Below the pieces are notes generated by a model. It worked only from the letters and a program-made list of their open reading frames with translations. It was not told the origin of the DNA and searched no databases. This document shows, piece after piece, positions 37,910 to 47,405 of a stretch of DNA of 64,000 nt (position 1 is the first letter of the stretch; every line of letters starts with the position of its first letter). Origin of the DNA: a virus (lineage: Duplodnaviria > Caudoviricetes); IMG/VR virus record IMGVR_UViG_3300013315_000010, positions 1,407 to 65,406 of that record; one strand, written 5' to 3'. A program made the translations under genes and the position numbers.

Positions 37910-38509
37910 CTATTCCTCCGTAAAATTGGAACGGTATTGGTTGACGGTGTTGCACATACTGGTGTACATACCAGAAACCCCTTTTGTTGTTGCATCAAAG
38001 GACACAGTATTGATTGCCTTCATTCCCATGCTGGTGCCTACAGCCATAGCATCCTGGTTTGCACCAAGATAAATGAACTCCCACCCTTTCTGACCCTCCA
38101 GATCCTTGATCTTATCAAACACCTTTTCCCTACTCCACTCCTTTGAAGCATTCTCAAAACCATCTGTCATGATTGCCACGATGACTTTGCTGGCATCTGC
38201 TGCCGAGGTGATTGCCATGCCAATGGCATCATATAAAGCAGTAGCCCCCCGAGGGACATAGGTAAGGTTGGTAAGATCCGGAACCTTACTCAGGGGTGCG
38301 TCCTGGTGGACCACCTGGTACTCATGATCAAATAAGATCAAGGTAAGTGTAGGCTCACCCGGCAAGGCTTTTTGTTGAGCCAGAAAAGAGTTGAACCCTC
38401 CGATAACATCCTTCTCAATTCCGTGCATCGAACCACTCCGGTCCACCACTACAATAATCTTTTGAACAATTTCTTCCTTGCATTTTTCACAAATCATTTC
38501 TCTCTCCAT
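37910..38509 (-). CDS. von Willebrand factor A domain protein
   Basis: VVVDRSGSM MIDAS, GATALYDAIG, IMTDGFENAS, FIYLGANQDA. Confidence 0.9.
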   Translation of the reverse strand: MEREMICEKCKEEIVQKIIVVVDRSGSMHGIEKDVIGGFNSFLAQQKALPGEPTLTLILFDHEYQVVHQDAPLSKVPDLTNLTYVPRGATALYDAIGMAITSAADASKVIVAIMTDGFENASKEWSREKVFDKIKDLEGQKGWEFIYLGANQDAMAVGTSMGMKAINTVSFDATTKGVSGMYTSMCNTVNQYRSNFTEE

Positions 38510-38667
38510 TTCTCCGGCACAGTGTTGCCGGTCTCTTCTTCATATCGTTTCTGCAGCCCGAGCATTACATCATAATGTGCTGGGCCAAAGTCCACGTTCT
38601 TGGCTAACCACTTAAGCCACAGGTACTCATCGATATCTACGGGTAGCTGACCATATTCACTGCTCAT
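38494..38667 (-). CDS. hypothetical protein
   Basis: MSSEYG... start coupled to the upstream stop. Confidence 0.55.
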   Translation of the reverse strand: MSSEYGQLPVDIDEYLWLKWLAKNVDFGPAHYDVMLGLQKRYEEETGNTVPEKWREK

Positions 38668-38870
38668 CGATTCCCCCATCCTAATGCTTTTGAGGCGGCA
38701 ACGTATGCCATGGGGTCCATTGCTCGCAGTGCATTCAACCGGCTTAACCAGTACTCGCCGGTTTCTCCTTGAAACCATGGGTCGCCCACGGGGGCGAACC
38801 TCACTCGATCAAGCAGTTGCATTACGGTCATCGCGTCGATCTTGGCTTTATTTTCCGGTGTCAGATCCAT
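38664..38870 (-). CDS. hypothetical protein
   Basis: 68 aa with RBS; RFAPVGDPWFQGETGEYW. Confidence 0.65.
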   Translation of the reverse strand: MDLTPENKAKIDAMTVMQLLDRVRFAPVGDPWFQGETGEYWLSRLNALRAMDPMAYVAASKALGWGNR

Positions 38871-39501
38871 CTTCTCCCCCCTTATTTATCCCAGATGTCA
38901 CGTTACTCCAGAGCCTCCCCGGGAGTTGCTCCTTGATGGAGGATAAAAAGAACTTCCATTCCTCCAGCCTATGGTTGCATCGTTGCCGGTAGATGTTGCG
39001 AAGAGACATCATGTCCAGCCGCACCATGCGAGTTTGCAAGAACCCCTCGGGAAGGTTTGCTTTAATCCCCCTAAACAGCCGCTCTTTTACAGCCGTGTCT
39101 GTTGCCATCTGATACACGCTAATGTAATTGTTCAATTCCACCAGAGTGCTCGTATAGATTGGCTCAACAAAGTCATCTTGTGTAAGAAGACGTTTAGTGA
39201 TCGTGTGCATGGTGGACCCACTCTGTTTAGACAGATGACGATAGGTATCCATCTCTTGCCACCAATACCGAGGGGCTTTGATAAGCACCCAAGAAATGAT
39301 GGACTCAAGATACTTGTTGTGCCCCCCGTCAAGTGGGGCCAGGGCATCGGCTCGTCTTACGACCCTGTCAACCACCGCTTCAATCTTTTCTCTGTTGCCG
39401 GTCGCAATATCTTCGTAATTAAAGATGCCATGGCTTAGACCAATTCCGACAAGAGCGTGACCCACTCCCGCAGTTTCAATAACACTTACATTCATGTTCA
39501 T
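38848..39501 (-). CDS. thyX: ThyX-like (flavin-dependent thymidylate synthase fold) protein
   Basis: GGHNKYLES, APRYWWQEMDTYR...STMH, NLPEGFLQTR, LRNIYRQRCNHRLEEW. Confidence 0.7.
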   Translation of the reverse strand: MNMNVSVIETAGVGHALVGIGLSHGIFNYEDIATGNREKIEAVVDRVVRRADALAPLDGGHNKYLESIISWVLIKAPRYWWQEMDTYRHLSKQSGSTMHTITKRLLTQDDFVEPIYTSTLVELNNYISVYQMATDTAVKERLFRGIKANLPEGFLQTRMVRLDMMSLRNIYRQRCNHRLEEWKFFLSSIKEQLPGRLWSNVTSGINKGGEDGSDTGK

Positions 39502-39869
39502 TCTGTATCATTCTCCTTTTGTTCTGTTGGGGTTTTTACAACCCGCAGTGTTTTGATAAAGTTTCGTTTGGCTGCTTCAATGATCATCTGATCGAGTGGA
39601 ACTTGGGAAAGATCAATCCCGCCTTTGAACATGTCGATCAAGTTACGATGCCACTGTTGGAGTGTGGCCCATCGCTTCTGGTGGGACAGTCGTTCCTGAT
39701 ACTCATACCTGTCGAGAACCAGCTCGCAGGTGTCTGGATCAAGAGTAAACCCGTACACCTGTCGGGCCAGTTTATCCGACCTCTGTCGGATTACTTCTGT
39801 GCTGTTCATTTTTTCCTTACATGCTTTCCTAATGGTTTTGTAAGAGCCTCTTTCAAAGACAAACCGCAT
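39498..39869 (-). CDS. hypothetical protein
   Basis: 123-aa ORF within the operon. Confidence 0.55.
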   Translation of the reverse strand: MRFVFERGSYKTIRKACKEKMNSTEVIRQRSDKLARQVYGFTLDPDTCELVLDRYEYQERLSHQKRWATLQQWHRNLIDMFKGGIDLSQVPLDQMIIEAAKRNFIKTLRVVKTPTEQKENDTE

Positions 39870-40498
39870 TTTAACCTGCCATTCAATGTCGTTCTGTTTA
39901 TCTTGTACTTCAGTGCGACGTGAGTTTTACATAAACGCTCCCCGTCGAAAGGGTCTTCAACCCATGCAGTATTTCGTTTATTGAGCTCTTGCTCTGCAGA
40001 TGTCGCCCATCGAGCATTCCCGGGGCCGTAGTTTTTATTATTATCAGGTCTATCAATGCTCAAATCATCACTGGTTTTCTTTCCCATGTAATTTAAGAAT
40101 ACAGGAAAGAAGGCATCATCATCCCAGCATGGGTCAACCTTAATTCCTCTTCCTCCGTAGTATGGATAAGATGGATTATTTGGATCATTGCACCGAGCCC
40201 TCATGTTCCTAAATGTCTGGTACTCACGAGGATATTTTGTTGTCAATCCACCAGAGGATCTCAATAGACAACCACAACTTTTTACACTTCCTATATTCAA
40301 CTCTCTCGTCAGATATAAGGCTGTATTTCCACATGTACACAAACACTCCCAATAGGTTCTATTTGTACCCCTGGTTGGTGGTAAGAAAACGGATTTAATG
40401 ACAGTTAATCTCCCAAACGTTTTCCCGACTAAATTTTCTTTTATTTTACGCCCCCTCCTCTTCTTTTCCGGGCATACCTCAGACGTATCTTGAATCAT
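39806..40498 (-). CDS. free-standing HNH-type homing endonuclease
   Basis: GKTFGRLTV, WECLCTCGN, SCGC, MRARC..YGGRGIKV, SIDRPDNNKNYGPGNARWAT. Confidence 0.85.
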   Translation of the reverse strand: MIQDTSEVCPEKKRRGRKIKENLVGKTFGRLTVIKSVFLPPTRGTNRTYWECLCTCGNTALYLTRELNIGSVKSCGCLLRSSGGLTTKYPREYQTFRNMRARCNDPNNPSYPYYGGRGIKVDPCWDDDAFFPVFLNYMGKKTSDDLSIDRPDNNKNYGPGNARWATSAEQELNKRNTAWVEDPFDGERLCKTHVALKYKINRTTLNGRLKCGLSLKEALTKPLGKHVRKK

Positions 40499-41679
40499 CC
40501 TTTATACACTCCCATTGGGGTTAAAATCATGATCACCTTAAGCAAGCCAGCTTGTGCTTCGATTACTCCAGCGATCTCCTTGTACGCTTGAGGAGCTTCA
40601 TCCAATCCCGGGCTGTTGAAGGTGAAGATCCCGTGCATTGCTGCTTTCATTTGCTCAGGCGTGATCTTTTCCTTGGCTGCCGTTCTGGACATCGTTCGCC
40701 CAGCACCATGGCTACAAGATCGAAAGGACATTGCATCCGCTCGACCAAGGACAATGTAGCTGGGCGAGCCCATCGACCCGGGTATCACTCCCAGCTGGGT
40801 ATTGTTTGCACTGGTTGCCCCTTTGCGGTGCACCCAGACATTCTGGCCAAAGTGGAACTCAGATGCAGCATAGTTATGATGGATATCAATCCGGGTGAGC
40901 ACTCGAATATCGTTGCACTTTCGTAACGATAATGCCCTAAAAAAAGCCCGTTCGAACTGCTCCATGATGATACGCCGGTTTTCATGGGCATAGGCCAGGG
41001 CAAAGTTCATATCCCGGAGATATTCTTGCCCCCACAAAGAGCTGGTGGCGAGTGACTCCAACCCAGGGGGATCGTTTACCCCCTTTCCAGCCTTGGCCAA
41101 CTTTTGATAATGGGAGTGGATTGCCGCTCCCAGCCCACGTGACCCGGTATGGATCATCAGGTAGACCCTGTCATCGGTTCCCCGTTGGATTTCCATAAAG
41201 TGGTTGCCACCCCCCAGGGTCCCAAGACTTGCAACAACCCGGTCCCAATTTCTTTCGGTCAGCCATCCTGGTAGGTTTTGCTTGACCACTTCGGTGTACT
41301 CGTCCATGGTAGCCCAGTTGTAAGGGGTACTCAGATACACCCCGTTTCCGGCTGGCACCATGGCTGCAACGGTTGAGAACATAGTGTGCATGAGCTTGTT
41401 GTCCACAAGAGAGGCTGGACAGTTGGTTTGAATCACGCTCATCCCACACCCTATATCACTGCCCACCATGTTTGGACTTATGGCATCCTTGAGCGCTGCC
41501 ACTCCACCGATAGGCATCCCGTATCCAGCGTGAGCATCTGGCATCAGGGCAACGTGGTGGAAAGCTGCGGGGTGTTGTCTTAAATTTTGCACCTGCTCGA
41601 TCGTGGCTTGATCGAGTGTCTCAATTGGAATCCACGAACACAACGGAACACCAGGACCACTATCATATTTGAACATCAC
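40495..41679 (-). CDS. rtcB: RNA ligase RtcB (2',3'-cyclic phosphate / 5'-OH)
   Basis: MPDAH, VGSDIGCG, GGGNHF, HTGSRG, HHNY, HRKGA, IPGSMG, HGAGR and DEAPQAYK are all present. Confidence 0.95.
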   Translation of the reverse strand: MMFKYDSGPGVPLCSWIPIETLDQATIEQVQNLRQHPAAFHHVALMPDAHAGYGMPIGGVAALKDAISPNMVGSDIGCGMSVIQTNCPASLVDNKLMHTMFSTVAAMVPAGNGVYLSTPYNWATMDEYTEVVKQNLPGWLTERNWDRVVASLGTLGGGNHFMEIQRGTDDRVYLMIHTGSRGLGAAIHSHYQKLAKAGKGVNDPPGLESLATSSLWGQEYLRDMNFALAYAHENRRIIMEQFERAFFRALSLRKCNDIRVLTRIDIHHNYAASEFHFGQNVWVHRKGATSANNTQLGVIPGSMGSPSYIVLGRADAMSFRSCSHGAGRTMSRTAAKEKITPEQMKAAMHGIFTFNSPGLDEAPQAYKEIAGVIEAQAGLLKVIMILTPMGVYKG

Positions 41680-42212
41680 AGCTCCTTTATTTTAGGTTGA
41701 ATAATATCAATGTTGATCCTTATCAACTCCAGCTCCAGGTCATCGAGTGCCCCTTGATTCAAGATCCGGAAGTCCTCGGGCTTTCGCTCAACCCCAGCCT
41801 CACTCTTATGTGCCAGGATATCAGGTACACCATCCCGGTACACATGAAATAAGACCCCATGCTGGCGCACCCATTCAGCCTCGTTGTTGAATCGAACATC
41901 TGGAATAACTACCAGCGGGATGTCCCTTAGCTTAAGGAAAGCAACACGCAACCAGAAGTCATCTCGAACCGTCTCCCGGGCAAACTCAGTACCGAACTTT
42001 TGGTACACATACCTGGGGCTCACTCCCCAGAAAGGATCAACGACCTCTTTAAGTTCCCCGAACCCGTGACGATCATCCCACCCGAACAGTGGGTTGACCG
42101 TGCTTTTAATCGGATCGGCAAAGGCATAGCGGTGGAACCCGCGCTTCATAAAGAATGAAGCGCAGGTATCCTTTCCACTGCGAGCTTTACCGGCAAGGCC
42201 GATGATAAACAA
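41676..42212 (-). CDS. deoxynucleoside monophosphate kinase
   Basis: IIGLAGKARSGKDT, FADPIK, QKFGTE, DVRFNNE, HKSE. Confidence 0.9.
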   Translation of the reverse strand: MFIIGLAGKARSGKDTCASFFMKRGFHRYAFADPIKSTVNPLFGWDDRHGFGELKEVVDPFWGVSPRYVYQKFGTEFARETVRDDFWLRVAFLKLRDIPLVVIPDVRFNNEAEWVRQHGVLFHVYRDGVPDILAHKSEAGVERKPEDFRILNQGALDDLELELIRINIDIIQPKIKEL

Positions 42213-42545
42213 TTACGCGGTCTCCTTTTTGGCGGCGATACGCTGATCTTGATCTCGGTCAGCGACTGCTTCTTTTATTTCATTGATGATGGGCTCAGCA
42301 TCAATCCCAATAATTTCACAAATGTCAGTAATCTCTTCGATCAAGGCTAAGCCGTTGGTGTACCCCATCCTAATACCAAAAACTATGGTACTGAGGGTAA
42401 AGAGCCCCCAGAGGGAGGGGGCAGGACAGATCTCTTTTTGCTTGGAAACAGAACCGTACACTGCCATCATAGCAATGCGGAACTCATCCAAGGTATCCAT
42501 CTCCTTCTTCATGCATTCAAGTTTTTCAAAAACGTCTAAATCCAT
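42213..42545 (-). CDS. hypothetical protein
   Basis: MDLDVFEK... start with RBS AAGGAG. Confidence 0.6.
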   Translation of the reverse strand: MDLDVFEKLECMKKEMDTLDEFRIAMMAVYGSVSKQKEICPAPSLWGLFTLSTIVFGIRMGYTNGLALIEEITDICEIIGIDAEPIINEIKEAVADRDQDQRIAAKKETA

Positions 42546-42558
42546 TTTAGATCTCCTT

Positions 42559-43050
42559 TCATACTGCGTAATTGTTATAGTTTTTAATTGCTTCCTCGAC
42601 GGTACCTTTCCCAAGCGAAGTGTTGTAATGGTTTTTCCAGTAAGTTGCCATCGCCAACACGTTTTTCAAGGATGGTAACTGTTCTACTTTACGCCAATAA
42701 TGCACCCGTGCCATGGCAATCTGATACGCCAGGTTGTAGTGCATTGGCTGAAGCAACTGGTCCCCATTCGTGCTTGTCGAAAAGGTGTAACTTCGAAACC
42801 TTTGCATCTTTTTTTCGAGTGCGGAGTTGTGCCGCAGGAAATTATTCCAGATGTCTTGCTCGGTTGCTGGTTCCATCTGGAATATCCCCATGGCGGGACC
42901 TTTAATCTGTTTCAGGTAGGTCCCCATCTTTGACTCTTGTGCTGCTGTGAGCATCAGCAGTTCGACGGCATCCGCAGTGTACGGGACATCTGGGTTAAGG
43001 TACACCAAGACATCCTGGATCAACTCGCGGAGTTGAGATTTATCGATCAC
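42559..43050 (-). CDS. lysozyme-like/transglycosylase protein, probable endolysin
   Basis: GTG start after AGGGGG; LLMLTAAQES, GPAMGIFQMEPAT, ARVHYWR, YWKNHYNT. Confidence 0.7.
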   Translation of the reverse strand: MIDKSQLRELIQDVLVYLNPDVPYTADAVELLMLTAAQESKMGTYLKQIKGPAMGIFQMEPATEQDIWNNFLRHNSALEKKMQRFRSYTFSTSTNGDQLLQPMHYNLAYQIAMARVHYWRKVEQLPSLKNVLAMATYWKNHYNTSLGKGTVEEAIKNYNNYAV

Positions 43051-43090
43051 TTCCCCCCTTTCTACCCAAAAGATGGTTTGTTGGTGTTCA

Positions 43091-44956
43091 TCATAATTCG
43101 CAAGCTCCTCCGGCACATGCCAGCTCTCCTGATCCACATGTCTGATCTCGCTTCTCATAAGAAGCCAGCTGAGCGAAATCAATAACAGGAAAAGCCCTGC
43201 ATAGATTGTTGTAGGTATCTTCATCGATCTCCTCATAAGGTGGCAGTTCATAAATCGTGTCATCTTTAGGGAAGAAGGTCAGACCACAAACACTGTTCCA
43301 ATTTTTATACACCCACGCTCCAACTTCCATCCACTCACTATCCTTGACATAGATCGTGCACGATGGGTTGTGCTCACACCAGGTCTGCTTCAGCATCAGC
43401 CAGTACTCCAGCTGCCGGAGTGCACTCATCTCATCGTTTGTCTTGGATGTTTCAGGGGACTTGATAGGGAATTCAAACTTCCACCCATCGCCCCCGGGAA
43501 TCTTTTGGTGTGGGACCCCCTGATCAATCAGCATCTTTGCTAAAGGATCAGTTGATGCGACCTCAACCCGCCGAATATAAAACGGAGAAAATCGTGGATG
43601 AATCCCTGAAGACGAATTGACCAACTGGGATACAGTTCCACTCGGCTTGACACATGTAATTGCTTTCGGCATCGGAATTCCAAGTACGGAACTCCACTCT
43701 TTTGCTGTTTCAATTGCCTCCTCTTTCATTTGGGTCAAGATACGCTTTGACTCAGAGTTGACCCGGTTAAGAACTGGATGATCCATAAGCCCTGTGAGAC
43801 TCACTCCCAAAAGTCGTTCCTCCTCACAGTTCTTACGCCAGCTCTGGTTGATGAATTGGAACTTGGTCAGTGTACTTTGAAGGACACCAAGGACTGTGGC
43901 CCAGCGAACCTTTGCACACAGATCCTCTGGTTTGTCATCGTACCGAATGATGACCTCAGTTAGGTTACAAAATTCAAATGGACGAAGGATGATCTCCCCA
44001 CAAGGGTTGAGCCCCCAATCGTACCCAACTTCTCGACGACCGGTAGCCGCCACGGTGAACTCTGCCGCTTGCCGGTTAAAGATCCCTCGCTCACCTGCCC
44101 GGCTGAGGATCAGGTTGTACCACTCGTCCATGAACTCCAACATGCTGGGCTTTCGTTCATAGGCGACACTGATGTTGGCCCTCCAACGGATATCAGGGAA
44201 GGCACCCATCTTGGCCTTGTCCATTTCACTGTGAAGATCTGACAGACTGATCCCAGCTGACCGGCGAACACCCCCGACAACAACACTATCTGCAACCATA
44301 CAGGCAATGTCGTGACACTCCAGGGGAGTGAGTTGCCTTCCGGCTGCATTGGTGAGGGTGTAATGGCAAAAGTCCAGCAGCTTTTTCAAAGGATCGGGAC
44401 CACTGGCCCTGCCACCAAAGGTCTTGAGTGGAGCCCCTTTGGGTCTGATCTTGGACAGATCATACTGGGGGATCTCCCCCCGGAAGAGGCTGTTGAGCCA
44501 CTTGAGTAACCCCTCAGCCCATCCTCTTTTGCTATCTGCAAACACAATGACCCGGCCCACCTTTTCGAACTGAGCAGGTACCTTGGGGAGTTCATTGACG
44601 TGTGTATATTCTACACTCCATCCAACCCCGGTCCCATTCATAAGGATGTGCAGGATTTCAGCAAACGCTCGTACTGAATCAATAGGCAGATAGGCACAGT
44701 TGTACCCGGCAATGTTGTCACGCTCCAGGGCAGGACCTGCAGTCCACAGAGCTCGCATGCTTGGCATAATCTTAAGCTCTGAAATAGCGTTGGCTGCCTG
44801 GATAAACTTTGCCCGGTGGGATGCCGGAATCCGAGGGGCAAAGAAGTCGATGTAGCGGGAGACTGGTTCAGGCCAGATCTCCCGCCGCCCGAGCTCATCA
44901 GACCACCGGCAATAACTTCGGGTGACGATGAACTCTTGATATTGGGATTCAAACAT
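43091..44956 (-). CDS. nrdJ: class II (adenosylcobalamin-dependent) ribonucleotide reductase
   Basis: PSMRAL, GYNC, GTGVG, NPCGEI, CNLTE, RLLGVSLTG, TCVKPSGT, and C-terminal ACAGGAC. No NrdB is present. Confidence 0.9.
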   Translation of the reverse strand: MFESQYQEFIVTRSYCRWSDELGRREIWPEPVSRYIDFFAPRIPASHRAKFIQAANAISELKIMPSMRALWTAGPALERDNIAGYNCAYLPIDSVRAFAEILHILMNGTGVGWSVEYTHVNELPKVPAQFEKVGRVIVFADSKRGWAEGLLKWLNSLFRGEIPQYDLSKIRPKGAPLKTFGGRASGPDPLKKLLDFCHYTLTNAAGRQLTPLECHDIACMVADSVVVGGVRRSAGISLSDLHSEMDKAKMGAFPDIRWRANISVAYERKPSMLEFMDEWYNLILSRAGERGIFNRQAAEFTVAATGRREVGYDWGLNPCGEIILRPFEFCNLTEVIIRYDDKPEDLCAKVRWATVLGVLQSTLTKFQFINQSWRKNCEEERLLGVSLTGLMDHPVLNRVNSESKRILTQMKEEAIETAKEWSSVLGIPMPKAITCVKPSGTVSQLVNSSSGIHPRFSPFYIRRVEVASTDPLAKMLIDQGVPHQKIPGGDGWKFEFPIKSPETSKTNDEMSALRQLEYWLMLKQTWCEHNPSCTIYVKDSEWMEVGAWVYKNWNSVCGLTFFPKDDTIYELPPYEEIDEDTYNNLCRAFPVIDFAQLASYEKRDQTCGSGELACAGGACEL

Positions 44957-44958
44957 CG

Positions 44959-45147
44959 TTAATTCCCTGGGAAAATCGATTTAATAGCACCCAGGGTGCC
45001 AATAACTTTCGTCAGTTCACCCTTTAAATCAGCTATCTTGCATTCCAGGAGCTGGCGTTCAAAAGCCTTTCTCTCATGCAACTGTTCAAGATCCTTCTTG
45101 AGGGTGGTGAAGTTTTTAATGATTGAATCATATGTTTTTACGAACAT
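44959..45147 (-). CDS. small coiled-coil protein
   Basis: 62-aa ORF with RBS. Confidence 0.6.
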   Translation of the reverse strand: MFVKTYDSIIKNFTTLKKDLEQLHERKAFERQLLECKIADLKGELTKVIGTLGAIKSIFPGN

Positions 45148-45328
45148 GCTTTGTTGCTCCTTTCATCTTCAATTTTTTGATTGCATCTTTCAGATGCTGG
45201 TAATCCCATCGAGGGCCGATAACAACAACCTGGCCATTCGCAGCAGTGGAGTAGACTCGCTTCCCCTTGGAAGGAGTCCCTCGGTACGCTGCCTTTCGAA
45301 TAACTTTGGCAAGCTTTCCCCGCATCAC
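45128..45328 (-). CDS. small basic protein
   Basis: 66 aa, K/R-rich. Confidence 0.55.
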   Translation of the reverse strand: MMRGKLAKVIRKAAYRGTPSKGKRVYSTAANGQVVVIGPRWDYQHLKDAIKKLKMKGATKHVRKNI

Positions 45329-45448
45329 TCCACCTCTCTTTGAATAACCCCTGCAATTTCTTGCAGTTCATCAGCGATAGCTTCAAGATCATCAGAATAA
45401 GGGTCATGATTTGATTTCATTCGAAGAGTATCAGCTATCTCGGTTATC

Positions 45449-45889
45449 TTATCGACCTGTGCTTCCAAAACCGCCAGATCCACGCTCTGTTTCCTTTAAA
45501 TGTGTTGATTCAATAATTGAACATCGTGCATAAGGAACAATGACCCCCTGTGCAAAACGTTCGCCAGATTCAATAAAGATTTTTTCATTCCATGCCACAG
45601 TGAGGATCTTAATCTCACCTCGATAATCCTCATCTACTACACCAGGGGCATTGCTGATATAGGTTGGGTGGTTAAGTGAATACCCCGACCGAGGGGTTAT
45701 CAAAAGCACTGTGCCCGGTGGCAGCTGTACAGCCAACCCAGTTCGAACTGGAGTCACCTTGCCAGGATAAATGATAGCTCTTTCCAAGGCATGAAAATCA
45801 AACCCTGCTGCCCCTGCCGTTTTGTAGTTAGGGATAATTGCAGCTGGATCGAGCTTTTTAAAATGGACATCCACTACTCTTTCCTCCAT
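45449..45889 (-). CDS. dut: trimeric dUTPase
   Basis: AAGFD, PRSG, GVVDEDYRGE, RFAQ and RGSGGFGSTG motifs. Confidence 0.95.
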   Translation of the reverse strand: MEERVVDVHFKKLDPAAIIPNYKTAGAAGFDFHALERAIIYPGKVTPVRTGLAVQLPPGTVLLITPRSGYSLNHPTYISNAPGVVDEDYRGEIKILTVAWNEKIFIESGERFAQGVIVPYARCSIIESTHLKETERGSGGFGSTGR

Positions 45890-46398
45890 TCTGCTGGGAA
45901 TTCCTTTTCAGCCCAAGGGAACCCATGCTTATCAGCCCAGTCTCCATAGGTGGTATGACTGGCCCGGTTCAGTTTGTTTGTTGCTCGTTCAAACACCAAG
46001 CGTATATCCAGGTCCGGATGCTCCTCTTTTATCTTGATGAGCTTTGTTCGATCAGGTCCCTGAAAATTTCCCTTATACTCAATGAACATGTACACACTGC
46101 TCCCCTTCTTTCGTTTCTTAATTCGAAAGTCTGGAGTGTACTTGCGCTTGGCCGGTGTCCAAGTAAAAGACTCTGGCTCATACTCATACTCCACTTTGCA
46201 TTCATCCAGCTGGGCGGCGAACTTTACTTCACCCATTGACCGAAGGCCAATGGTCAAGGCCAATCTTTTAGCGTTGGCTTTACTTCTCTTACTCTTTGGA
46301 TATTTACTCCACACCTGCACAAGACAAGCAGCACAACACACAGCTTGCTTATTGTGCTCGGGAGTGAATTGCTTTCCACACTCGACACATTGCTTCAT
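45874..46398 (-). CDS. T7 endonuclease I-like resolvase with N-terminal Zn finger
   Basis: RSMGE, YTPDF, IEYKG, DRTK..HPDLDIRLVF; N-terminal CVECG...CCAAC. Confidence 0.9.
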   Translation of the reverse strand: MKQCVECGKQFTPEHNKQAVCCAACLVQVWSKYPKSKRSKANAKRLALTIGLRSMGEVKFAAQLDECKVEYEYEPESFTWTPAKRKYTPDFRIKKRKKGSSVYMFIEYKGNFQGPDRTKLIKIKEEHPDLDIRLVFERATNKLNRASHTTYGDWADKHGFPWAEKEFPAEWRKE

Positions 46399-46400
46399 CT

Positions 46401-47312
46401 TTAATCTTCTCCCCTTTCAATCAAGTATTCAGCATACTGATTACAAAAGGCAGAGACGGGGCAATAGTTGAGACATCGAGTGCGCTCCGCTTCCCTCTTT
46501 TCAACAGTGTACTTTCCAAGAGGATTACCCTTGTCCTCTCTCCACTTGATATACTTTTCAACCTCTGCTTGCGTTCCGAGCACACGGGATGCCCTCTTTT
46601 TACCTACCTCCATGATGGCTAACTTGGCGGGTTTCACCCACATGTCCCCGTCCGTGCACAAGGGGAGCTCGTGATCAGCCATGGTCTCGGAATCTCGCAA
46701 CCTGATCACCCGTTCACGGACGAGCTTAGCTTGCTGCTCAGTGCTCCACAGGGGGATCTTGACCTCATGGATGGGCTGTTGTGGGTACTTGGGATCTTTG
46801 GCAGCATCGAACTTATTCCAGCCCGGGTGGATACAGATGATGATAAGGTTGTCCACCTGTAATCCATTAATCCTTAGAAACCAGGCATAGACATTAAGCT
46901 GAACCTCATAACTTTCATAGTCACCGAACATCGCCTTGTACGTTGAGGTGACCTTGTAATCGTAGATCGTTTTTGTTGGTGCGTGATAGCAGTCAAGCTT
47001 ACCAGCAATCTTTCGATCTTCGATCCGCTCCCAGAACTTTGCCTCAGTGAGAAAGGTATTACGATACTCGTCCTTGTTGTTAGCCGCTCGCAAGTACTTG
47101 TCGAGCATTAAATGCCAGGCGTTTCCCTGGAAGGCAGAGAGCATGTCAGTCACCCTTTGCAGTGGAAGCTCATCTTTGTGCCTATTTTTTAGATGGATGA
47201 TCCGTGGTGCATCGAGGAGCTCAGTAACAGAGTAATTACCCCCCCGGATATAAAGCCCTCCCCAGTTGGAGTAGGCATCAAATGCAGCTCGAATCGGAAT
47301 TATATTGTCCAT
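46401..47312 (-). CDS. PD-(D/E)XK Cas4-like exonuclease
   Basis: SVTEL, GNAWH, GKLD, DYK, QLNVY and C-terminal RCLNYCPVSAFC. Confidence 0.85.
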   Translation of the reverse strand: MDNIIPIRAAFDAYSNWGGLYIRGGNYSVTELLDAPRIIHLKNRHKDELPLQRVTDMLSAFQGNAWHLMLDKYLRAANNKDEYRNTFLTEAKFWERIEDRKIAGKLDCYHAPTKTIYDYKVTSTYKAMFGDYESYEVQLNVYAWFLRINGLQVDNLIIICIHPGWNKFDAAKDPKYPQQPIHEVKIPLWSTEQQAKLVRERVIRLRDSETMADHELPLCTDGDMWVKPAKLAIMEVGKKRASRVLGTQAEVEKYIKWREDKGNPLGKYTVEKREAERTRCLNYCPVSAFCNQYAEYLIERGED

Positions 47313-47330
47313 ATTTCCTTTCGATAGGTT

Positions 47331-47378
47331 GGCCGGGGGTGTGACCCCCCGGCATAGTTAGTGTTACGATATCTTAAT
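47331..47378 (-). promoter_or_regulatory. hairpin plus operator-like palindrome
   Basis: GCCGGGGG-TGTGA-CCCCCCGGC hairpin; GTTACGATATCTTAAT at 47363-78. Confidence 0.5.
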
Positions 47379-47405
47379 GGTAAGAACAAAAAAATATTGC
47401 CATTG

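Noticed and set aside
43051-43263. Hydrophobic N-terminal extension of ORF 42559-43263 suggesting a SAR endolysin
   Set aside because: It overlaps the conserved nrdJ C-terminus. A GTG with a good RBS at 43050 gives the family-typical start, so the extension is an ORF-calling artefact.
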